Assembly (NCBI GenBank): GCA_907165135.1
Contig: OU015566.1
Coordinates: 8,618,001 to 8,682,000, forward strand
Direction of reading: 5' to 3'
Source of the DNA: Oikopleura dioica
Taxonomy: Eukaryota; Animalia; Chordata
Length of the DNA: 64,000 bases
Part shown: positions 36,763-46,651 of the stretch, one piece after another
Numbering within the stretch: the stretch's first letter is position 1
Layout of the letters: the number at the start of each line of letters is the position of its first letter
Program-made: the position numbers and the translations under genes
Notes under the pieces: model-generated
What the model was told of the DNA's origin: nothing
The model's database searches: none
What the model saw: only the letters and a program-made list of their open reading frames with translations

Positions 36763-39700
36763 CTAGTCGGACAATTCGCCGTCCTCAATTTCACCCTCCT
36801 CCGGATTGACCTGTTTAGAAGCCTTTGGCTCCCGTGGAGGAGTTCTGATGCGCTGGGCTTGCTTTTGGGCAGTTTCGGCTAGCTCGTCTAAAAATGGGCG
36901 TATAATTAGCTCCGGTCATAATACAACGTCAATAGTCCACGTGAGTGGATGAATATTAATTTTTTATCAATTTTCGCTTACATAAAATTGACAGTATTTC
37001 TTGACGTTCAAATTACCTCTGATATCGAAGCTTGGTTTATGGTGACGAATTTGGGCAGCTTGGTGGTGATAAGGGGTGAAGTGGCGAGGTACGGCCCAGC
37101 CTGGACGGCGACTGGAACTTGAGCCGGCGGATGATCTAAATAAGCGAACATAATGACGAAAAGGAGGAAATTTAATAATAAAGGAGGTTGATAAATATAT
37201 TGTATTCCATGCTGGGATAAATGATAATTGTTTGATAAAGGGCCTTCTGCTTGAAAAAGGCAAGCGGTTTACGTGATCTCTTTCTTAGTTTTGCTTTTTT
37301 GAAATGAGTTTGCGATCTGATCGAAAACAGACTCCTCGTCCTCTGGAGGGGCGTCAAGCGTCAGGTGCCGATTATCTGGGCACAGAAGTGTCAAAACATT
37401 ATGTCAACTTTCAAGTTGCTCAAGGAAACGCTGCTTTCGTGAGCACCTGTTATTTCACTTTCACTCCGATTGATCACGAAAGCAGGTACCGAGCTGAAGC
37501 TCTTTCGTGAAAAAGAGGCTGTGAAAAAATCTTACGACGCTTGACAAAATCGGCAAAGATGCGCTCGTGGTACTCTTCGTTCGTCTCGTTGTCCTTCCGC
37601 TTGAGATCCGGATATTTGATGTTCTTAATTTCATAATTAAGATCGCTGAGCCGCCTTGAGCTTGCGCTTATCTACCTTGTGCGGTTCGTAGAGAAGATCA
37701 ATGATGGGCACGTTGTCCGGTAAAAGTTCATGGCCGAATGTGAACTTCCAAGGCTGCTTCTCTTTGAAATCGTTGAATGCATCCATGACTTTTTTTCGCG
37801 CTGCCCTGACCCTTTTTCCAGCTCGTGTTCCGCGAGTTGTTTTTGTTTTCGATTTGTATGGCTTACTAAAGAAAAAGATAAAGTTGAGGATGAGGAGATA
37901 ACCCATACCGTCGGTCATATCGACGGATATTCTTCTTTTTCCGAGATGGTGAAGGGCTGAATTTCGGGCTCGATGAACGACTATACTTCGAGTGATATCG
38001 TTTTCTTGGTCGGTCGGGAGCACGACTTCTTGATCGTCTTCGCGAGTAACTCCAGTCTGATCCACTTTCGGATGATGCGGACCAGGAAGAGCAAGAACAC
38101 GTGCTACAAGATCGTGAAGAACGAGAGGATGAACGACCTCGCGATCGTTGATAGTCAAAATCAGTTTTGACTAGGGGAGTTCCTGGATCACATTTGATTG
38201 TTGGAGAACCAAAGGGTACCCCTTCAGTTAGCGAGTAAGGACTTGGAGAACGAGTTTTGCCGCGACTATGAGTTGCGACGCGGGCATGCTTACCCGATGC
38301 TGCGCGACTTGGACTGCGAGATCTTCTGGTTTCTCGTCTTCGGTGTTTACGTCGTTTTCGTTTCGGAGTGAGACTTCGTGCGCGGCTTGAAGCAGAGCGA
38401 ATGGGGGAGATTGAAGTTGGAGTGCGGCTTCGGGTTTCGACAGTTCGCCGGAAACGCTTGGGAATCGGACTTGATGTTCTTCGACGAAGAGAAGGACTTC
38501 GCTCAATGCTTGAATCTCTTTCTCTCAAGGTTTTCTTGGATCTTTTCTTGGACTTTTGCCGTTCCCATTCTTTGCGAGAAAGATAGCCACGGCTGCTTGC
38601 AGTATTCGATCTATATTCTGCTTTCCTTGCTCGCCTTTCTGCCTCTGTTCTTGGGCGATGAGCTGACGATTTATCCCAGTGCATGAGTTTAACAATTTAT
38701 GATAAAGTATGCAACGTGCAGCTTCAAAGTCAACTCATTTTTTAAATCCTTGTTTTTGAATATACATGTTCACAACCGGCGCAATACAAAAGACATATTC
38801 TGTTGAATCTGCATTAATTTAAAAATGTCTACACAAGTAATGCCCTGACAGTATTTCTGAGAATGTAAAATTACGAAATATAAACTCAGCCTGCGACGAC
38901 GCGACTTGTTCCTAAAATTTTGATGAGTGATCCATTAGATGAATTTAAAAAACTTTTTGCAGGCGAAATTCTGACTTGGTCTGATTTGTAGCCCTATAGA
39001 AAGCTCGGAAAATTTTGAGTCGATTCGACCAAGTCGTTTTTGAAATTTTCTAGAGAATGACGTCACAAATGACGTCAGAAAATTCCAAAAAGCCAAAACT
39101 TTGAGTCTTATTTTTACAGCGTTCCTGATCGAATTTTTCGGTGTTTTATAGCTCAAATGAAAGCTTATTAAAAACTGTACTAAGGTTCTTAAGGATTAGG
39201 AAAAAAAATTTGAAAAATTTGGCTCTAGAATTTTCCGAAAAAAAAATTTCGAGCAAATGAAAATCCAAGAAAAACCTTAGTACAGTTTTTCATAGGGATT
39301 AATTTGAGCTATAAAACATGAGAAAATTACGTCAAAAAGGCCCAGAAAAAGTGACTCAAAGTTTGCCCGAAATGGCTATTTTTGCCAACTTCTAGCGTCA
39401 TTTATGACGTCATCGTCTGACTGTTTTGGTCTGAAATTAGTCCAGTCGACTCAGAATTTTACGGGCTTTCTGATGAATATAAAAACAGGCAAAGTCAGGA
39501 TTTTGCCTGCAAAAAGTTTTTTAAATTCATCTTAATGGAATCATATAAGACTACAAATGTAATTCACATATGAAGCTACTATGTAGTTATTGTCGCTTAT
39601 TGAAGCGTGGGATAAAAAACCTAACTAACCTGGATCGAGACTCAGAAGACGGACGTCCGAAAGAATCGGAGCGTCGGTCGCGATCGGACCTTCCTTCAGC

Positions 39701-42700
39701 ACGCTCCTTCGATTTTCGTCGGCTTCGGCTTCAAAATAAAATAGAGTTCCTAGATTTTCCTCTTCCAATACCTTTGGGAATCGTCATCCGAGCTAGAAGA
39801 CGAAGAGCTCGAAGAAGATGACGAAGAAGATTTTCTCGACCGCCGAGTCGGAGTTCTACGTCTCTCTTTTCGGACATCATCCCTTTCAGAACTATCTCGT
39901 CGTTTTCGATCCCGATCTCGACTATTGTCCCGCGATCTTCCCTTGCTCCGCGATCGAGGACTTTTGGAAGCGTAGTCTTCGTAAGTCTTAAAAAAACATT
40001 GACTCACAATAGAATTGATTCAATTGAATTGAAGAGCTTTTCATTTTGATTCACCAAATTTAGATAACTGTCACCTAAAATCACATTTCTAACCCTCACC
40101 GGAGATCCTCGCGGAGCTCGACCATCCGGTGGACTTCTTCGCGAAGGACGACGACGCATTCTTTCCTTTCTTTCGCGCTCTTCTCGAACCAAACGCGATT
40201 CGCGCATTCGAGGCCGCTTTCGTCGATCATCACTCGATGACGAGCTCGAGCTAGAGTCGGAGTCATCTTCAGACGGATTTTGAAAAAAAATATACAGTTA
40301 GCACCGTTAACTTCTCAATACACGTGGTCGGTTCAACCGACCACGGCGAGTTTGAGCCGCCGTTATTTCTCTTGTGATAATCCGTTTGACCTGATTTTTG
40401 TAATGTGAGCTAAGATGACTAAAACGAACCACTTTCTGAAATTTTGGATGTTTTCTCAAAAGTGGTGGCGTTTTGCATCGGATTCATCTTTCATTCTACA
40501 GCTGCAAATCCAGAAAGTGTTTTTCAAAAGTAATTGTTTATCCTGATAGGTGAGTGTTCAAGCTTTCCAGCGATATGAATTGTTACCTTTTTACCCGCCG
40601 CAAACGAAAGTTAAAGCTAAAAGTTTTGAGCGCTCTTTCTGACAATCCGAATTTTGCGCGCCGCGCGGGGCTGAATAATGCATTGTGGTCCCCTCACCCG
40701 ACCCCGTGTTTTGAGCGCTTAGTTGCGCGCCCGTGTATTGAGAAGTTAAAATTGGCATGTTTATCTTGCGAAAATGATTGTTTTCAGTTTTCTCTAATCC
40801 GGACCTGAGGAGCTGCTACTGTCGCTACTGGAGCTGGAAGTATCAACAACCACACGTTTCTTAACTGCTGATCCACCAGCGATCTCTACTATCTTTGGAA
40901 GGCCCGGAACGGCGTTTTCAACTTCCGGAGCCTGGTCTCCTAAATCTTCATCCATGATCGGTGTTGCTCCACCATCTAAAAATAAAATTAATGAAAAGGC
41001 AAAGTATGGTTCTAGAAGATTCAATAAATCACTAGAAAACCTTCGTACAGTAGATAAGTGATCTTCTGCAAGATTTAGATTTGGTTTAGAAAGCGATCCC
41101 ATCTCCGCCCGGAGTTCCGAGCTACAAGCAATTTTGTCACGCTGCCTGCGCATGCTCACACGTTAGCGAAATGCAAGAAATGGGACGTCCCGTGGCGAAA
41201 ATTAGCAACAATAAAAGAGGAAGAAGCTTCTACCTGACTCCATTGAAACATCGTCAGCCGCGCCGAGATTACCGGCATTTGGATCGCTGGGGAACAAACC
41301 GCTAAGCGCCGAGTTTTGAAGTTTGTTGAGCAGACTAGCAAGGCCGCCGCCGCCCGGTGCCGGTTGCTCGTCGTGTATCGGAGATGCATCCGGAGAATGA
41401 TAATCATCTCCCTTTTAATGGTTCCAGATAAGGGTTTATTTTGATGTGTTCTATTTTCACCGAGGCCAGTTTTAACCGGTTTAAGAAACCGGGATTATTT
41501 TCAGAATAGATAAGGAACCATTCCTCGTGCTCTCGCTGCTGGAGAAACTTGAGTCGTTCGTCTAAAGTCATCGAGTCCAAGTCCACTTCTTCCTGGCTGC
41601 TTTGATTTTCCTGTTTGACATCCGCTAATTTCCGCCCATGCGGAGGCAAGTCAACATCCATTTGGAAGTCGCTGGACAGTTGAGTTGTTGGGACGACACT
41701 TTGAATAGGCGGTATTCGATTTTGACCTGACGATTGAGGCTGCTCATTATTCACGATTGACGAGTTAGAAGTAGAGGGATCTTTTGGTGGAGTTTTCGTA
41801 ACTTCAGAGGTCTTCTTGGGAGATTCTTTTTCTGAAGAACAGTTTTAAAAACTCGCTGTCTATAACAAATATAATTTCAAAATGCATTTTTTCTGGAAAA
41901 TATAATTATAAGAGACTCGATGGCGCTTGCGGTGGTCACCGTCAATGTTTGATCAAAATTAATCTCAAGTTCAAAATCTCAGCAGAAATCGTCCGCTAGG
42001 AAAACCGCATTTAACCCTGATGAATTTCACGCCGGAAGGAAAGAAAGCAGAAGAGAGGAAGTTTGTCTTTTCACGTGGATCGCTGCAAATTAGCAGCAAA
42101 TGTGAACTGTTGAGCGATTAGATATGGCGTCAAACTCGAGCTCAAGAATTAACCATATTTGTTCAATTCGAAGCGATCGAATGCTCACTGCTTGTTACGT
42201 TCGCGCATTTGAAATTCCAAAAGCGGATTTTTCGATGGCTTATTCTTTCTTACTTTTTAAGGCAATCTCTTTTTCTCGCTCCTCCATCATCTGTGTGGCC
42301 GTTCGCTCAACTTCCGGGCGGAGATGCTGATCCTGGTTGGATTTCATCAAGTCGCTTATGATTTTCGGAAGGCGAGCAGAGAAGAGCTCTCCTCCGTGCA
42401 TATGTGTCCGGAGTTGGCGCATCATGTCTTCTTTTCTGATGGAAGGTTTCCATTGCTGGTTCGAGAGGAAACTTATCACGAGATAGAAATTATATGAAGC
42501 TGGTAGTGACTAGGTAATCAATGGTAATCGACAGATGTGTCCCATTCTACATAAACTTTTCTACTCTGACTTGAAACTTGCTTGTCCAAATCACTCCTAA
42601 GCGTCGTATAAACTGGATTTTCCTCGACCATCTGCAAGCATGCCTTTCTAAGGACATCATAGGTGCCATCAGCTTTCAATCTCTTTATCAAAACTTGCTC

Positions 42701-42727
42701 CGAAAAGCCTTCATTTATCGATACCAT
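36763..42727 (-). CDS. BOD1L1: BOD1L-like protein: N-terminal BOD1/Shg1 domain plus long RS/acidic low-complexity region
   Basis: LIKRLKADGTYDVLRKACL...VYTTLRSDL...FLSNQQWKPSIRKEDMMRQLR...HLRPEVER matches the BOD1 domain. Phase-compatible splicing links it to downstream exons, which are RS-rich further on and end EEGEIEDGELSD*. Some internal junctions are unverified. Confidence 0.7.
38938..39531. mobile_element. Long-palindromic MITE (594 bp) in a BOD1L intron
   Basis: Ends GATGAATTTAAAAAACTTTTTGCAGGC / GCCTGCAAAAAGTTTTTTAAATTCATC, with imperfect symmetry along the whole length. Flanked by TTA on both sides. Confidence 0.88.
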
Positions 42728-42797
42728 GTCTACAAAACAGACTGTTACGATAAGAAGTGACTGGCTATCCGTTTTTCTGATGCTGGAAAAAACATGT

Positions 42798-45486
42798 CTA
42801 GAAAATGAATGGAACAAGAGCTTTTCGACCGGCGACTTGAGACGTTCCAAATTTTGAATTGTAAAAGTCTAGGGTCATTCTGGCAGAGATTGATTGATTG
42901 ATTAAAGTGAAGAAGAACGGAAAGAACATGTGAAAGCCACCGATAGGCAGGAGAGCGAGGTAGAAGAGAATTTCAGAAGCAATCGTTGGGGACATAATGT
43001 ACTAAAATAGAATCGAATTAGGGCAGGGGCACCGATTTCTTACTGTAAATAGACCACTTCGCGGAGGACAAGAGTTTTTTTGCGCATTTGGGTCAGATCG
43101 AAGATTTGCCATTGCTCGTATGCTAAATTGATAGAACTTGAAATAAGAAATCAATTTAAATAGACAAATGATGAATTACCATAAAAATTTTTCGGGCAAA
43201 AAAATTTTTTTTGAGATATTGGTATATTCTGAAAGTCCAAGTCAAAATTAGTCGATTCCCAAATTTCTAGGGCTCAATGACGTCATGATGACGTCATTTA
43301 TGATGAATAAATGTCCGAAAAGGCTCCAAATTCATGAAACTTTGGAACGCTTTTTGAGGCTGTTTTTGCTGGAAATAGATTTTTCGATTTCAAAAATTGG
43401 ACCGGTCGGTAATGGTTGATATTCAATGGTTTGATCCCGGGTCCCTACGTAGTTTTTCATGGAAAATCCGAATCCGTCGAGAAAAATAAAATTAAAAAAC
43501 GTTTTCGGCTCGAAAAAGCGTTCCAAAGACAAAATTTTCAAATCAGCCCGATGACGTCATAATGACGTCATCTGACCCTAGAATTTGGTGATTCTGTATA
43601 ACTTTTTACGGGCTTTCAGAATATACCAATATCTCAAAAAAAATTTTTTTGCCCGAAAAATTCTTATGGTAATTCATCAAATAGACATTGATAAATTCCT
43701 GATGATTTGAAATTTATTGGGATGCGTGTTCGGATTAATTCATTTTCAGATTTATTCAAAGGGATTTATTTCGAATACAAACTTGATAGCAGCATCAAAA
43801 ACGCATTTTATAGCATAAACATAAGATGAGAATCATTTTAATGGTTTGTTCTATAGGTCGAATCCTATTATTATATCAATATTATTAAATGCTTCATTTA
43901 ATAATATTTTTCAACTAAAAATAAATCTTCATTTCTGCGAGGAGCTTCTTTCTCATTTTCTTCACTTCATCATCCTTCAAGTTGCTGTTTTTGATCAGAG
44001 CCAGTAGCTCCAACTTCTCTCGTTTGATTCGAGCAGCGAGCTTTGCTTCGGTTTCTGTAACTTCGTTAATGCCTTCGTTGATGGAGAGTTTTCGAACGAT
44101 AAGCTTGAATTCTTCTTTTTCGAGCATTTTGATGAAAACTCTTTTGCTTTGGATAAGTCTTTCATGGTTATCGGCTGTACACAAGAGATGAGATGCGTTC
44201 TTCATTTTGTAAAAATTTAAATAGGATTAAAATTAAAGCTGTGTTTCTGAATTGCCTGAAATCAAATGGTTTTATACAGTAACTCTTTGGAAGATGGCGC
44301 TGCGGGGCTACCAGCTGTTTCCAAGCGGGGAGTCAAGATGGGTTAGGTCTCCCGCGTGAGAGAATAGGTTTAGATCGAGATCTTTCAGAAGATTTCTTGA
44401 TACGGAAATCGATCTTGAATCTTCATCTCTATCGTTTTTCACCTCGGCGGCGAATTAATGCACATAAAAGCAGAAGATTTCACAAATATCCTTACCTCAA
44501 GTGTTGATAGAAGATCGCGGAAAAGACTGCTGTTATCTTGAAAATTGAGCCAGGAGATAGCTCCTTGTCAAAGTCAAGAGCATCGGGCAAAGAAGCCAGC
44601 GTACTTAATGGAACCAGAACGTAAAAAACATGACCAAGCGCATAGTGAGCGATCGACATGACATTTTTAGACTTCGCTATAAATATAGACTCTCAAAATA
44701 GGGCTCGAGTTAACGGAGTTATGCAATGCAATAATATGGGCCAAAATAGCTTTAGCGATTTTCAAAGAAGCTTTCTGGGGCAATTGATATGAGCAAATTG
44801 CAATATTTTGTTACTTAAGATTGCTTTAGCAGATGTTAATTAGTAAATAAGTTGATATGAGCGTCTAATTTTGGTGACAAATAATTCACTGTTTTCTCCA
44901 AAATTGTAATTATATCGAACCCGTTCCTAACAACCGCTGCAGAAGATGAACAAGAACGAGCCATCCAAGTAAGGGAACACGATCTAATGACACCCTTTGA
45001 AAGTCGAAAATGAACGCGCCTTACCATCAAAGTCGTGTATCAAGAGTCGCATTACGCCTTTACGTAATTTTGGGTTGCTTTCGCCAACTGTAAATAGACT
45101 CAGATCCAAAATCGGATGCATCGCAATCGACATGAGTCCTATTTCAGGCAAACTAGGTTGGCCGTCTTTTTTTTAGGTTGAGCAAATGAACCGCGAATAG
45201 ACTGATTTTGGTAGGAAATGAACCATTTTTGTTTGTTTATCCGGATTTCTTCAACCGTTCCCAAGCACCAGCGATAGAGCAGAAGAAGAAAGAACAAACT
45301 TCCTAATAGATAAAAGTGGGTAAACCAGGCTTTCGGAACGTCAAAAGGGTATGTTTTGACTCTTGTCTTCCCGAATGTTGTGAGTTGTTGGAATAACCCG
45401 TTATTGGTGATGATTTTTGGCGAGGTAACGGCGAGTCCGGCAACAGTTAGAACAATCCAAATACAGTCGATAAGGTAGAGTTCCAT
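42798..45486 (-). CDS. SRD5A3: Polyprenol/polyprenal reductase
   Basis: Exons FGKTRVKTYPFDVPKAWFTHFY, LVHLLQRLL|ESIF...HYALGHVFY, MANLRS...PRSGLFT|YIMSPTIASEILFY and NQSISA...FYNSKF...RKALVPFIF* are colinear with SRD5A3. Confidence 0.88.
43170..43678. mobile_element. Palindromic MITE (~510 bp), same family as 38938-39531, in an SRD5A3 intron
   Basis: Ends GATGAATTACCATAAAAATTTTTCGGGCAAAA and its near-reverse complement. Shares AGTCGA, TTTTACGGGCTTTC and paired TGACGTCA with the other copy. AAATAGACA is repeated at 43158-43166 and 43679-43687. Confidence 0.88.
43915..44205 (-). CDS. Possible orphan ORF inside an SRD5A3 intron (same strand)
   Basis: 96-aa K/E/L-rich helical ORF with ATG and stop; no recognised family. 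Confidence 0.35.
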   Translation of the reverse strand: MKNASHLLCTADNHERLIQSKRVFIKMLEKEEFKLIVRKLSINEGINEVTETEAKLAARIKREKLELLALIKNSNLKDDEVKKMRKKLLAEMKIYF

Positions 45487-45576
45487 TCTTAATTCAAACT
45501 GCACTTGAATAATGAAAAAAATGATCAACTAGGCTTGATAACTGGCAGGTCTGATAAAGAAGGAGAACAGTAAAAA

Positions 45577-46455
45577 TCATAGGAACGAAATTGCCTTGTC
45601 GTTGCGATCGAGCAACTTTTGTGAATCTTTGATAATCTTCTTTCTATCCGCGCGATTTTGAATGTCTTTGGGGTCAAGTTCCACAGCATCGCAAGCTTCC
45701 AGCAATTTCATCAATGCTTCATTTATTCCCCTGAAAAAATTGATTAAAATATCAGCAGAAAATATATTCATACTTGTATGATTTGCAAAGTTTCTTCGAG
45801 TTCTTGTCCTCGCGTTTGGTGAATTCTTTGTTGAGTCGGCGACTTTTTTGTTTAAGATCCTGGAATCGCTCTTGAAGATCGTGGATTTGTCGAGAATCCT
45901 CGAGGAAAATGTTGACGCGATTCTTCGGCGGAGATCTTGAAATGTTATCAAACCTTATACTTATCTCCAATGATAAGTACCTTGACCGAGATCTACTTCT
46001 CGAGCGATCTCTGGAGTAATCTCTTTCGCCATCTGAATCTGAGCTCTGAGACGAATCGCTTCCGGAATTTGCCGCGGCCGCTTCTCGAGCCTCTTGTTCA
46101 GCTTCAAGTCGCTCCTCGAGCTTTTCTTGCTCTTTGCGCTTTCTGGCTTCATACATTTCTCTGCTCGGATCTTCAGGCAGCCCATTGACTAAAGAAATCC
46201 CCATGTAAAACAATTCTAGCATGAAACTACAAAATTACCTTTTTGAATCAAAAGATCAAGCCAAACTGCGAAATCCGCAGCTTTTTCTTCTAACAATTCT
46301 TCTAAGTCCTCCCTAATAGCATCAAATCGCTTCTTTCTCGCGAAGATGATCATCACAAAGTCGATCAAGTCATCATCCTCCTCGATCTTCATGGCGGCGA
46401 GTTTCTTTTTGATCGCCAATCGGAATTTCACTGTTATTTCTGCTGTTATGTCCAT
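45577..46455 (-). CDS. PWI-like domain + RS linker + BAG domain protein
   Basis: Four exons joined in frame by three GT-AG introns. N-terminal PWI-like AIKKKLAAMKIEEDDDLIDFVMIIF...LEELLEEKAADFAVWL. C-terminal BAG-like KKLCKSYKGINEALMKLLEACDAVEL...RADRKKIIKDSQKLLD. Confidence 0.75.
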
Positions 46456-46651
46456 TCTGAATTGCATTATTGAGGAGAAAATCTGAACTTTTGAATGTTT
46501 AATATTCAGTTGTTGAACGAAGAATGGGGGTACAGATGCTTTTTTTTTGTGTGTGCCAGTAGTGGTGCTTTTTCTTATTTGATTATGATATGCGATTGTT
46601 GAACTGTGCGAAAACATAAAATGGTTGACAAAAGAAAAAGGGATTTGAATA

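Noticed and set aside
44200-44500. SRD5A3 appeared truncated or pseudogenic
   Set aside because: The remaining exons lie at 42798-43123, beyond a large intron.
45240-45270. A fourth GAACGG GA donor in SRD5A3 exon 1
   Set aside because: It gives the wrong phase, and a canonical GT donor 8 nt upstream fits the frame.
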